Counted from the first letter of the stretch, positions 49,813-59,311 are shown. The stretch: 64,000 bases of DNA from a virus (IMGVR_UViG_3300011832_000001:32001-96000); one strand, 5' to 3'. Program-made: numbers and translations. The notes: generated from the sequence alone by a model not told the origin.

Positions 49813-50865
49813 TCATTTTTTATCCTTAGCTAAACATTTAATACATTTGCTGTTGTATACATATCCCGAATCTTTTCTGTATCTAGAATAAAAGAAGATT
49901 TCATTTTCGGGTAACTCCTGCAAGCAAGACTTACAGGTTTTTTTATTTCTTCCCTCTAGGACATTATCATGATACCAAATGCTATGCTTCTCATTTGCCA
50001 TTCTAGCGATTCTGCTAGGAATATATTTATTGATTCGATAGTGAGCAATGTGCTGACTAGACAATCCTAGTTCTTCTTTGATATTATCATATGTGTATTC
50101 ATAAAAGAATAAGTTGAGAGCTTCTTTATCTTCTTCCGACAACTCTGAAACTAAATCCTCAAACTCCCAAATTAAAAATTTCAATTGAGAATCTGTGTCA
50201 TTTTCGCTTTGTTTTTTTAGTGCTCTGTAATTCTTTATAAAGTTAACCACATGAATAGGGTCTCTAAAATTGATTACATCATATAAGATGTCAGCCTGAC
50301 TTTCACTAATCGCTTTAAATTGAATCGGCTTATCAAAAATTGTTTTAGCCAATTTCATTTCATACTTAATATCTTTTTTAATTCTTTTAACTTGAGCCAA
50401 ATATATAAGCTCATCTTTACTTAAATCTCCATCTTCTTCTTGTTCTGTATATTCTTTGATGATGGTATCTAAGTTTAAAATAGATAATTGATAAGAACCT
50501 AGAAATTCGTTTTCTAAAATTTCTTTTTGGGTGATTTCTGATTTCTTTCTAAAATTAACCTGCTTAACATCTCTGAATCTCATAACGTATGTGTAAGCAT
50601 CAATTGCATTACTTTCACCGCTACCATCTTCATCATATGCATGAGGAATATTTGTAATCTCACGCTTATTATTATTTATTGAAGCCTTTGATTTTAACTT
50701 AACTTCATCCTTAAACATTTCTTTCATGTCTTTGCTTGAAAGTAAATAATCAGAAATATATTCTAAATACCTTTTATTAATATCATCCAAATTGAAATTT
50801 TCTTCGACATAACTAAGTCTATCATGATAATTTCTTATCGAATAGTCAAGATAAAACTTATCCAA
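49813..50865 (-). CDS. Putative transcription regulator (sigma4-like HTH plus C-terminal Zn ribbon)
   Basis: LSEEDKEAL...YTYDNIKEELGLS HTH; CKSC...CIKC; own promoter. Confidence 0.45.
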   Translation of the reverse strand: MDKFYLDYSIRNYHDRLSYVEENFNLDDINKRYLEYISDYLLSSKDMKEMFKDEVKLKSKASINNNKREITNIPHAYDEDGSGESNAIDAYTYVMRFRDVKQVNFRKKSEITQKEILENEFLGSYQLSILNLDTIIKEYTEQEEDGDLSKDELIYLAQVKRIKKDIKYEMKLAKTIFDKPIQFKAISESQADILYDVINFRDPIHVVNFIKNYRALKKQSENDTDSQLKFLIWEFEDLVSELSEEDKEALNLFFYEYTYDNIKEELGLSSQHIAHYRINKYIPSRIARMANEKHSIWYHDNVLEGRNKKTCKSCLQELPENEIFFYSRYRKDSGYVYNSKCIKCLAKDKK

Positions 50866-50898
50866 AAATTCTTTCTCCTTCCCTAACCTGCTAATTAT

Positions 50899-50927
50899 AT
50901 TATACCATATACACAGCTATTTGTCAA
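50899..50927 (-). promoter_or_regulatory. sigmaA promoter
   Basis: TTGACA-17-TATAAT with TG. Confidence 0.8.
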
Positions 50928-51220
50928 GGGTTCGGGAAAAGTTTTTTCAATTCTTCGAAGTCTTTTATGTCCAAGAGAAAGTCGATATAATCTGACTTTG
51001 CTTGTGCATGAATATCAGCTTTCTTTATCACATTCTGATATGTCGTAGCTAGTGTCTGCCACGAACCACTACTAGTTCGAACTTTGAATGTAGCCATAGC
51101 CAATTCCTTCTTTGATGAATAGCCACAAAAGATTTTATCTCCGAATTTGAAGATATACCACTCTCCCAAAATAATATTCCTAGATTCCAATATAAGCTCT
51201 CCTCTCTTATTTATTCCCAA
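50924..51220 (-). CDS. IDEAL-domain-like hypothetical protein
   Basis: C-terminal YIDFLLDIKDFEELKKL. Confidence 0.5.
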   Translation of the reverse strand: MGINKRGELILESRNIILGEWYIFKFGDKIFCGYSSKKELAMATFKVRTSSGSWQTLATTYQNVIKKADIHAQAKSDYIDFLLDIKDFEELKKLFPNP

Positions 51221-51252
51221 AAGGGTACAATATTCTAAAATTTTTTCAAATA

Positions 51253-52227
51253 TCAGCTATTTTGTTTAAGGAGAGCTAGAATTTTATGTTTTTCACTTTC
51301 GTTAAGACTCATAATTGTATTCACAATGTCATCTTTTTCAAACTGATTGAAGTCAGAAGCTTCGACCTTGCCACTAGAGATTAATGTCATCCCTACTGTT
51401 TTTGAGTCATCTTTCCCTTTGAGATAATGATTCAAAGTAGTGGATGCAGAAGCATGGTTTGCGAACATTTGAGCAGTTTTTAAATCTGATTTATTCATGA
51501 CCTCATTGATTGCCAACTTTCGAATTGAGTGTAAGCTATACTTAACCCCAACTTTCTTTTCGAATTTCTTAAACAAATCGGTAATATCATTTGGTCTAAC
51601 TGCTAAAGGCTTATCTCGCTTAGATGACTTGATAAACTTGTATGAGTTTTCTGTAATTTGACGAATGACTTTAACAGAACCTTTTTCTGTAGACTCAGCA
51701 AAGTAGTTACCATCCTCTTCATAAACATCTTCTGATGTTAAGCTATATAAAGCACTCTTACGAAAACCTGTGAACAATGCTGTTTCAAACAACATTTTAA
51801 TCTCAATCTTATTTGCAAAATCAAAAGCTTGATGATAATGCTCTAAGCTCATAACTTCATGCTGTTCTTCATCAGAGTTCTTTTGAGTTCTGACACCACC
51901 AACAATATCATTAATAGCATAACCGTTGGCTCGTAAGAAGCTAAAGTAAGAGTTTAAAGATTGCATTTTACGATTAACTGTGTTAGACTTTAGACCACTC
52001 TTAATCATGTCGCTTTGAAGTCGAACAATATCAGAAAGCTTTAAGCTCTGTAATTCTTTTACTTCTACAAAGAGCATATCTTTTCCGAACAAGTGATTTG
52101 CGATTTGATTACAATCTGTCTTATAAGCCTTTTGTGTAGATGGTGAGTTTACGCCTGAGTTCATGCAGAATTCAGTAAAAAAGTTATTGTCCTTCTTTTT
52201 CATTGTGAAGATTTTTTGTTCAGCCAT
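51253..52227 (-). CDS. Tyrosine recombinase (XerC/D-like)
   Basis: TGFRKS (R), HSIR (HxxR), ANH, TTLNHY (Y). Confidence 0.9.
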   Translation of the reverse strand: MAEQKIFTMKKKDNNFFTEFCMNSGVNSPSTQKAYKTDCNQIANHLFGKDMLFVEVKELQSLKLSDIVRLQSDMIKSGLKSNTVNRKMQSLNSYFSFLRANGYAINDIVGGVRTQKNSDEEQHEVMSLEHYHQAFDFANKIEIKMLFETALFTGFRKSALYSLTSEDVYEEDGNYFAESTEKGSVKVIRQITENSYKFIKSSKRDKPLAVRPNDITDLFKKFEKKVGVKYSLHSIRKLAINEVMNKSDLKTAQMFANHASASTTLNHYLKGKDDSKTVGMTLISSGKVEASDFNQFEKDDIVNTIMSLNESEKHKILALLKQNS

Positions 52228-52268
52228 TGAGAAACATCTCCTTAGTAATTATTTTATATGTTACTTAT

Positions 52269-52297
52269 ATTATAGCATATGGTTAGTAAAATGTCAA
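52269..52297 (-). promoter_or_regulatory. sigmaA promoter for the recombinase
   Basis: TTGACA-17-TATAAT with TG. Confidence 0.8.
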
Positions 52298-52319
52298 TAG
52301 ATATACTGAAAATTTATTC

Positions 52320-52348
52320 TTGACATATTGTTATTATCATGTTATAAT
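52320..52348 (+). promoter_or_regulatory. sigmaA promoter firing into a non-coding hairpin array
   Basis: TTGACA-17-TATAAT with TG. Confidence 0.8.
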
Positions 52349-52518
52349 TAAAGCGAGGAACGAGCTTTATATATATAAATACTTATTAAATAATAATTAT
52401 TATTTTATAACTAAGTAATAATAAATTATGAGTTTACGAATAATTTATTATTACGTTAAGTATTAATTACGAATGTAATGAGTAATTAATACTTAGTAAA
52501 TTAACGAAGTTAATTTAC
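52349..52518. repeat. Array of four AT-rich inverted repeats (putative origin / ssDNA structure)
   Basis: Hairpins at 52349-52369, 52415-52454, 52457-52495, 52496-52518. Confidence 0.8.
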
Positions 52519-52565
52519 CTTACTACTATATACAATATTATATAATGGAGATTGAATTTTAACTG

Positions 52566-52594
52566 TTGACTTTAGATATAATCCATGATATACT
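52566..52594 (+). promoter_or_regulatory. sigmaA promoter for the helicase operon
   Basis: TTGACT-17-TATACT with TG. Confidence 0.7.
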
Positions 52595-52626
52595 TATTAT
52601 AGAAATTGAGAAATGGAGATGATTAA

Positions 52627-54630
52627 ATGTTAAACAAAGAACAGAAAGCTTTTGTAGAACACAAAGAAGAACACTTGATGGTTATTGGTTCAGCAGGTTC
52701 AGGAAAGACACATTCAACTATTCAACGTGTACGTTATTTGGTTGAAGAAAAGGGAGTTGACCCTGAAAAGATTTTGCTTTCTAGCTTTACGAATACAGGC
52801 GTTAATGAAATGAAGGAGCGAATCGTTGATGCAATCGGTCTTGATGGTGAGTTGGTAGAAATGTCTACTTTACACTCATGGGGCTATCGAATGATTAAGA
52901 AATACTATTCAACTAACTCAGTTGGTGGAGAAAAGTACATTAACGGACGAATCCTATTCGACTTTGCATTGTTTATGCATTATAACACAATCTTTAAGCA
53001 ACTACCAAAAGAAAAGCAGGAAGATTATAATGTTCAGTTGTTTATGAATCGAATCGCTAGCTTAAAGAAATTGGGAGTAACCCCTGAGATGTACGAGAAT
53101 CAATTACGTGTTCGTAATAATGATGACTCTGAAACATCTGTGTTGGCTTCTGCTTTCTTAGATGAAGATGAATTAGCTGAAATTGAATACTATAATGAAT
53201 TGGCTAACGACTTTGAACAAGATGTTCTTTGGTTTTATCAGCAATCAGAAGAAAAACATAAAGAAGATGCCACTTGTGATGCTAATGATTTGATTATGGA
53301 AGCTTACTATATCATCAATAAATCTAAGAACTTCCGTGATTGGGTCTGCAATCGATATGACCATATCATGATTGATGAAGCTCAAGATACAAGTAAACTA
53401 GTTCACGATATTCTAGCTCTTTTAAAAGACCGTGTAACTATCACTTTGATTGGTGATGCAAAGCAATCTATCTATGGATTCTCGATGGCTGTAGCTAAAC
53501 TATTCTTATCATTCGAGAAAGAGTTTAACGCTAGTGTTGTTGCATTGAAGCGCAACTATCGCTCTAATCCTGAGATTGTAGAAAACGCAAACAAAATCTC
53601 AGATATGATGACATTTACATCATTAGACCGAGATTCGATGATTCCTGAGAAAAAAGGAGATTCTAAGATTACTGTCAATGTATTTAATGACCTGTTCCAA
53701 GAATCAAATAGTATTGCAGAAGAGCTACTACAACGGCATCTAGCAGGAGAAGACTTGTCTGATACATTTATTCTTCATCGAACAAATGCTCAAGTTCTTA
53801 TGATTGAACAAGCTTTATTTAATCGCAATGTTCCTTATGTTAACCTTTCTAAAATGACTGTACTAGATAATAAAATCATTGCAGGAATTGTCGGTTGGTT
53901 GCGAGTTCTTGAAGATAAGACTGATAATAAAGCTATGGAGATGTGCTACAACTTCCCTAACCGTTTCTTAGGTAAGGATTTCCTAAAACGTGCTAAAGAA
54001 GCTAAGAAAACAACATTGTTGGAATCTCTCTTCGAGCATAAATTCTACACTAAACCATATGAGTATCGTGCTTGTCAGGACATCAAAGTTGTCTATTCTA
54101 AACTTCGTGATATGTATCAAGAAGGTAAGATTATGGACATCATCGACTACCTTTATGATGAAGGTTTGAAAAAGGAAAAAGCAGTTGTCAAAATTGATGG
54201 AAATGAAACTTTAGTTAACGACTCTCCTGAATCTTTCGGAGAAGAGAACGTAGCAATGTTGAAACAGACAATTGAAAAGAATGGTTTGAAGAACTTTATT
54301 GAGTTCACAAAAAATGTTCGTAAGAAAGATGGAGAAGGTGTTGTTCTTCGTACCGTTCACTCTTCTAAGGGATTGGAAGCGGATAATGTATACATCGTAG
54401 GACTTAACGATAACAAATTCCCTCATCGTGGCATGATGGATGCTCGTGAGACTCCTATGGAATATGCTCACTTGTTCGGTGCTCCGATTGAAGAAGAGTT
54501 AAACTTATTCTATGTTGCTGTAACACGAGCCAAAAAGAACCTCTATATGAGTGTTCCTATTATTGACGAAAAGGGACATGAACATCCGCCATCTGTGTTC
54601 ATCCGTAAATTATTTGGAGAGGATAAATAA
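52627..54630 (+). CDS. UvrD/PcrA-family SF1 helicase
   Basis: GSAGSGKT, IDEAQD, GDAKQSIYGF, NYRS, TVHSSKGLE, YVAVTRAK. Confidence 0.95.
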   Translation: MLNKEQKAFVEHKEEHLMVIGSAGSGKTHSTIQRVRYLVEEKGVDPEKILLSSFTNTGVNEMKERIVDAIGLDGELVEMSTLHSWGYRMIKKYYSTNSVGGEKYINGRILFDFALFMHYNTIFKQLPKEKQEDYNVQLFMNRIASLKKLGVTPEMYENQLRVRNNDDSETSVLASAFLDEDELAEIEYYNELANDFEQDVLWFYQQSEEKHKEDATCDANDLIMEAYYIINKSKNFRDWVCNRYDHIMIDEAQDTSKLVHDILALLKDRVTITLIGDAKQSIYGFSMAVAKLFLSFEKEFNASVVALKRNYRSNPEIVENANKISDMMTFTSLDRDSMIPEKKGDSKITVNVFNDLFQESNSIAEELLQRHLAGEDLSDTFILHRTNAQVLMIEQALFNRNVPYVNLSKMTVLDNKIIAGIVGWLRVLEDKTDNKAMEMCYNFPNRFLGKDFLKRAKEAKKTTLLESLFEHKFYTKPYEYRACQDIKVVYSKLRDMYQEGKIMDIIDYLYDEGLKKEKAVVKIDGNETLVNDSPESFGEENVAMLKQTIEKNGLKNFIEFTKNVRKKDGEGVVLRTVHSSKGLEADNVYIVGLNDNKFPHRGMMDARETPMEYAHLFGAPIEEELNLFYVAVTRAKKNLYMSVPIIDEKGHEHPPSVFIRKLFGEDK

Positions 54631-54631
54631 T

Positions 54632-55081
54632 ATGAATTTAAAGAATGTTGAGGAAGAGTCTATTCTCTTCCTTTTTACCAATAGTAGAAAAGATATGAAT
54701 TTTGATAGTTACTCTAGTCTTATTATGAAGTATAATTATCGTGATGTTTATAATTCTATAAATTTTAAGATTGAAATTGATAATGCATATATTGTCAATG
54801 AACCATTAGAAGGTAAGAAAATTATACTAGGTGTCGATTCGGGTTATGCTATGTTTGCATTTGATTTATATGACCAATTAAAATCACATGGAATACAAAG
54901 TATTTTAATTCCTGTTTTAAGTGAAGATTATTTTGAAGATGATGAATCTAAAAAGGGCATCAAGGAAATTAGATTGGTTCTAGAACATATAAAAAAAATC
55001 TTGACAATCCTATCAGAGCATGATAAAATTAACTTAGAAATAAAAATAAAAGAAGTTGAAAAGGAGAATGAAAATGAATGA
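54632..55081 (+). CDS. Hypothetical protein
   Basis: GAGG RBS; likely ATG 54632. Confidence 0.6.
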   Translation: MNLKNVEEESILFLFTNSRKDMNFDSYSSLIMKYNYRDVYNSINFKIEIDNAYIVNEPLEGKKIILGVDSGYAMFAFDLYDQLKSHGIQSILIPVLSEDYFEDDESKKGIKEIRLVLEHIKKILTILSEHDKINLEIKIKEVEKENENE

Positions 55082-55388
55082 TTTTGCTAAAAAGATTTTA
55101 ATTCGACAGATTAATCGCTATCACAAAAAACAAGCTATCCTAGAAAGACAGACAGAACGTAGCTACAAGGCATTAGGAACTGTTGAAAAATTTGATAAGT
55201 CACAAATGCTAGGCTACATTATTTCAATAATTCTCACATCTTTGTTTATGTTCGGATTTATGGCTCTAGGATTATATGTTCTAATTGCCGTATACAATGC
55301 TCTAGGAATTTGGTTTGTTTTAGGAGCTATGTTCGCATTTGGATGGATTAAAGAAGCAGTATACTTCTTTGGGCATATGATGAATTGA
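55074..55388 (+). CDS. Membrane protein (2 TM)
   Basis: AAGGAG RBS; hydrophobic C-half. Confidence 0.65.
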   Translation: MNDFAKKILIRQINRYHKKQAILERQTERSYKALGTVEKFDKSQMLGYIISIILTSLFMFGFMALGLYVLIAVYNALGIWFVLGAMFAFGWIKEAVYFFGHMMN

Positions 55389-55443
55389 TAAAATTTTAAT
55401 ATTTTTACCTATTTTGGGAATAAAATAAGAGGAGATAATAATT

Positions 55444-55644
55444 ATGAAAAAGAAAATGATTTTAGGTTCTGTAATGGGATTGGCAATTTTTGCACTTGCA
55501 GGTTGTGGTCAAGATTTAGATTTGAATTTCGAAGGTGAAAACATGGATGTAGAACGTGTTAATGAAATCATTGAAGACCGTCTTGAACTTGAGAATGAAG
55601 GTATTGATTTGGAAGTTCACATTGTAGAGGAATTTGAAGAATGA
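55444..55644 (+). CDS. Small lipoprotein
   Basis: Signal peptide with LAGC lipobox. Confidence 0.75.
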   Translation: MKKKMILGSVMGLAIFALAGCGQDLDLNFEGENMDVERVNEIIEDRLELENEGIDLEVHIVEEFEE

Positions 55645-55850
55645 TTCAACCTCTATTTGATAAAAATCAGATTTTCATGAATATTTATAAAAGAGAAAAA
55701 TTGCTATATGGTTTAGAGGGTGAGAAGAATTTTGAACAAAATAAAAACCATATAAGCATTGAATTCTCATATCTATGTAGTGCTCTTGGAGTTAATTATC
55801 AAGAATTTATGGATGAATACAATAATTTTAAAAAAAGTGTTGACATTTGA
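55641..55850 (+). CDS. Hypothetical protein
   Basis: ATGA overlap. Confidence 0.55.
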   Translation: MIQPLFDKNQIFMNIYKREKLLYGLEGEKNFEQNKNHISIEFSYLCSALGVNYQEFMDEYNNFKKSVDI

Positions 55851-55868
55851 TTGATTATATGATATAAT
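55840..55868 (+). promoter_or_regulatory. sigmaA promoter for ACAGCAA RNA 1 and the Ro60-like gene
   Basis: TTGACA-17-TATAAT with TG. Confidence 0.85.
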
Positions 55869-55886
55869 ATTATTATAAGGTCGAAA

Positions 55887-55946
55887 AAGGCACAAACAGC
55901 AAATTTATAGACTCAACTTTTAATTGAATATCTAGAAATGTGCCTT
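55887..55946 (+). ncRNA. ACAGCAA-motif RNA, copy 1 (Lys anticodon-loop cargo)
   Basis: AAGGCACA/TGTGCCTT stem, ACAGCAA, inner TCAA-CTTTTAA-TTGA. Confidence 0.7.
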
Positions 55947-56000
55947 GTTTCTATCTTTTGATTCTGAGGAAAATAAGGATTTAAAAGGAGAAGATTAATT

Positions 56001-57494
56001 ATGTTAAATGAAATGAAAAATGAATTCAACAAAGCTCGTACTACAAACGGAGACCATCAATTCACATCGTCACTAGATGGTGTACTTGACCTATTCGCTA
56101 AAGGTGGAGCTATGCGTAAACGTCCTGAGAATGAACTTACTCAATTGTTCTCAAAAGCACTTTCAGAAGATGCTGAATTAACATTGAAAGTTCTATTTTA
56201 TTTGAGGGATTGTCGTGGAGGAATGGGAGAGAAGCGTATCTTCCGTGAGTCAATGAAACACTTGGCTGTCCATGATACCGATGCATTTGTTAAAGTTTTA
56301 AAACACGTTCCTGAATTTGGTTCATGGAAAGATGTTGTCGAGCTTTTGGATGTCAATTCTAAGAAAGCAAAAACAGCAATCCTTGATTTGATTCACGAAC
56401 AGATTTCTAAAGATGTTGTTGCATTTAAAGATGGTAAGAAAGATATTTCTCTAATTGCGAAATGGCTACCTTCTGAAAATGCATCTTCAAAAAACACTAA
56501 GTTCAAAGCTGTTGCAATTCGTAAACACTTAGGCGTAACTTCTAAACGCTACCGTAAGATTCTTTCTGCTTTACGCAAAGAGATTGGTATCGTTGAGTCT
56601 AAGATGTCTGCGAAACAGTTTGGAGGAATCGATTACTCAAAAGTACCTACTCAGGCTAACTTGAAGTATCGTGAAGCTTTCAAACGTAATGACGGAGAAC
56701 GTTACTCTGATTTCTTAGATTCTGTTGTAAAAGGCGATTCTAAGATTAATGCAGGTACTCTTGCTCCTCATCAGATTGTAGAAAAAGTAATGGGTAATGG
56801 ATATTACTTCCGCAGTAACCTTTCAGATGTTGATGTTAAGTTCCTTGATGAGATGTGGAAAGCTCAAACAGACCACATTGGAGACAATGTTTCTAATGCT
56901 TTGGTAATGGCTGATGTTTCAGGTTCTATGTCAGGAACACCAATGCACGTTTCTATTGGTTTAGGAATGTACATTGCTGAACGCAACAAAGGTAAATTCC
57001 ATAATCACTTCATGACTTTCTCATCTGACCCTTCACTAGTTGAAGTTAAAGGTAAGAATGTTGTTGATAAGATTAAGAATATGTCTCAAGCTGATTGGGG
57101 AATGTCAACCAACCTTGATAAAGCAATGAAGAAAATTCTTTCAATTGCAGTTAAGGGGAATCTTCCACAAGAAGAACTTCCAACTCAATTGATTGTAATC
57201 TCTGATATGCAATTCGATGAAGCTGTCTCTAGCGGTTGGCACTCAGAAGGTAAGTCTGTAACTCAAGAAACAATTGATAGCTTCCGTGAAGCAGGATATA
57301 AAGCTCCTGACATCGTATTTTGGAATGTAAATGCAACTACGTTGCCTGTTACAAAGAACGATAAAGGTGTAGCTCTAGTATCAGGTTTCCAACCTGCCGT
57401 AATGAAACAGATTATGAATGCAGGTGAGTTAGACCCAATCGGTCTGATGATGGATGTTATCGGTCAAGAACGTTACTCAGTGATTAAACTTTAA
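56001..57494 (+). CDS. Ro60/TROVE-related vWA protein (DUF2828-type)
   Basis: TTNG...LDLF, FYLRDCRGGMGE, KWLPSE, MIDAS DVSGSM, ISDMQFD, FWNV, LVSGF. Confidence 0.82.
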   Translation: MLNEMKNEFNKARTTNGDHQFTSSLDGVLDLFAKGGAMRKRPENELTQLFSKALSEDAELTLKVLFYLRDCRGGMGEKRIFRESMKHLAVHDTDAFVKVLKHVPEFGSWKDVVELLDVNSKKAKTAILDLIHEQISKDVVAFKDGKKDISLIAKWLPSENASSKNTKFKAVAIRKHLGVTSKRYRKILSALRKEIGIVESKMSAKQFGGIDYSKVPTQANLKYREAFKRNDGERYSDFLDSVVKGDSKINAGTLAPHQIVEKVMGNGYYFRSNLSDVDVKFLDEMWKAQTDHIGDNVSNALVMADVSGSMSGTPMHVSIGLGMYIAERNKGKFHNHFMTFSSDPSLVEVKGKNVVDKIKNMSQADWGMSTNLDKAMKKILSIAVKGNLPQEELPTQLIVISDMQFDEAVSSGWHSEGKSVTQETIDSFREAGYKAPDIVFWNVNATTLPVTKNDKGVALVSGFQPAVMKQIMNAGELDPIGLMMDVIGQERYSVIKL

Positions 57495-57495
57495 T

Positions 57496-57525
57496 GGTTG
57501 GAGGGGATTGCCCCTCTACCATTTT
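57496..57525 (+). terminator. Terminator after the Ro60-like gene
   Basis: GAGGGG-ATTG-CCCCTC plus T tract. Confidence 0.7.
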
Positions 57526-57542
57526 TAAAGGAGATGTTGACT

Positions 57543-57956
57543 ATGAAAGACGAAGTATTAATTGAAATTCTAGAAGAAAAAAGAGAAGAAATTTTTCAAG
57601 TTTTAAGTTCTTTGAAAGATGACATGAAAGAAATAGAAAACAACATTGAATTAAACAAACTTAATTTAAGTCAAAAAGAAACTTCAATGAAAGAAGCATA
57701 TAAAAAAATTTTTGAATTGGATGAAGAAATCAAAAATTTAAAAATTAAAACAGGAGATAAGCGATATACAAAGATTTTCTCAGAAAGTGGAACGTATAAA
57801 GCCACTTTGAATAAAGGTGAAGTGGTTAGTCCACTAGAGGATGTATCGACTATTAATGTCAATAGTATTAAAAAGAAAGATAAAATTGAAGACAATCTTG
57901 AGGAATTTTTAAATTTGTTATCAGAAGAGATAAAAAAATTCTTGACAAATAAATAA
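57543..57956 (+). CDS. Coiled-coil hypothetical protein
   Basis: AAGGAG RBS before ATG 57543. Confidence 0.6.
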   Translation: MKDEVLIEILEEKREEIFQVLSSLKDDMKEIENNIELNKLNLSQKETSMKEAYKKIFELDEEIKNLKIKTGDKRYTKIFSESGTYKATLNKGEVVSPLEDVSTINVNSIKKKDKIEDNLEEFLNLLSEEIKKFLTNK

Positions 57957-57970
57957 ATATATGGTATAAT
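57942..57970 (+). promoter_or_regulatory. sigmaA promoter of the first tRNA block
   Basis: TTGACA-17-TATAAT with TG. Confidence 0.85.
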
Positions 57971-58028
57971 ATATATACAGTACCCAATCCGCCTCTTAAC
58001 AATGTGCTCTAGATTGGGTCTTAATTAA

Positions 58029-58103
58029 CTGAACGTAGGCTAATGGTAAGTCGCTTGATTTGGGTTCAAGAGAGTGAGAGTTCGATTCTCTCCGTTCAGA
58101 CCA
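58029..58103 (+). tRNA. tRNA-Pro(UGG)
   Basis: Cloverleaf, loop TT-TGG-GT, CCA. Confidence 0.92.
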
Positions 58104-58104
58104 T

Positions 58105-58181
58105 AGGGATGTGGGCAAATTGGTATAGCCGTCTGCCTTTGAAGCAGAAGTTTTTTGAAGGTTCGAACCCTTCCATCCCTG
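58105..58181 (+). tRNA. tRNA-Gln(UUG)
   Basis: Cloverleaf, CT-TTG-AA, no encoded CCA. Confidence 0.85.
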
Positions 58182-58189
58182 CTTATCGT

Positions 58190-58264
58190 GGTGGCTATGA
58201 CGTAATGGTAACGTGACGTTCTGTGAAAGCGTATATTCGGGGTCAGTACCCGATAGCCACACCA
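58190..58264 (+). tRNA. tRNA-His(GUG)
   Basis: CT-GTG-AA, encoded G-1, atypical T-loop GTCAGTA, CCA. Confidence 0.85.
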
Positions 58265-58265
58265 A

Positions 58266-58337
58266 GCCTTATTAGTTTAATTGGTAAAACAGGAAACTTG
58301 TAATTTTCAGAAGGCGGTTCGAAACCGTCATAAGGCA
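58266..58337 (+). tRNA. tRNA-Thr(UGU)
   Basis: CT-TGT-AA; no CCA. Confidence 0.9.
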
Positions 58338-58383
58338 TTTTATAGAAAAAATAAGAAAGGTTAGGTGATGACTTATTTCTAAA

Positions 58384-58959
58384 ATGACTAGAAGTGAAGC
58401 AGGCAAATTAGGTTCTTTGAAATCGACTCAAAACTTCCTTAATAGGTATAATCAAAATCCTTCTTATTGTGAAGAATGTAATGAGAAGCTTGATTATAAA
58501 AAAAGAAATAATCAATTTTGTAGCAGAAAATGTTTTCATAAAAATCGTTCAAACAAAGAAAATTTAAAACATTTAGAATGCCTAAATTGTAAATCAAATA
58601 TTCTAGGGAAAAATAGACATAGAAGACTTTATTGTTCTCAATCATGTTTTTTTGAACATGACTTAAAAAAAGATGTTGAAAAATTTCTTAATGATGAAGT
58701 TGATTTTGGGATAAAAAGAATAAAAAGTGTTTTAATTAGCATACATGGTAACACCTGTTCTTCTTGTGGTAATACTGAGTGGATGGATAATCCAATACCT
58801 TTGGAATTACATCATATAGATGGAGATGCGAATAATAACAGCAGAGATAATGTTGTTCATTTATGCCCTAACTGTCATGCATTGACAGATAACTACAAAA
58901 ATAAAAACAAAGAATCAACTAGGAAGTATAGAAAAAAATATTATCAACCCGCAACATGA
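58384..58959 (+). CDS. Free-standing HNH endonuclease with Zn-ribbon repeats
   Basis: LELHHIDGD..NN...LCPNCH; FCS..C repeats. Confidence 0.88.
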   Translation: MTRSEAGKLGSLKSTQNFLNRYNQNPSYCEECNEKLDYKKRNNQFCSRKCFHKNRSNKENLKHLECLNCKSNILGKNRHRRLYCSQSCFFEHDLKKDVEKFLNDEVDFGIKRIKSVLISIHGNTCSSCGNTEWMDNPIPLELHHIDGDANNNSRDNVVHLCPNCHALTDNYKNKNKESTRKYRKKYYQPAT

Positions 58960-58967
58960 TTTATTAT

Positions 58968-59041
58968 GGCTATGTAGTTCAGTGGTAAGACGAGTGGTTG
59001 CAACCCACTAGACCTCAGTTCGATTCTGAGCATAGCTTCCA
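58968..59041 (+). tRNA. tRNA-Cys(GCA)
   Basis: TT-GCA-AC, U73, CCA. Confidence 0.92.
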
Positions 59042-59065
59042 TTTTATTTTAAGGAGGATATTCAC

Positions 59066-59311
59066 ATGAAAGACCCTTTAGTATTTGATAAAAGATTCAA
59101 AGGATTTTATATTAAGTTTCAAAACTTTAATAGAACTAGAATGTTCCATGATTGGAGCTTTGCTTTCGGTGGATGTAAAGAATCCTCTAGCAGATTTAAA
59201 AATGGATATGATAAACCAAAAACGCATGATGGTAGAGATATTTACTTTTTCGCTACTTTCTTTAATTATCAAATTTCATTTGGTCATGAAAAATTGGAGA
59301 CTGTTCAATGA
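59066..59311 (+). CDS. Hypothetical protein
   Basis: AAGGAGG RBS. Confidence 0.65.
   Translation: MKDPLVFDKRFKGFYIKFQNFNRTRMFHDWSFAFGGCKESSSRFKNGYDKPKTHDGRDIYFFATFFNYQISFGHEKLETVQ

Noticed and set aside
51253-52227. Recombinase as proof of a temperate lifestyle or prophage boundary
   Set aside because: No repressor, att site or host genes are visible; it may resolve genome multimers.
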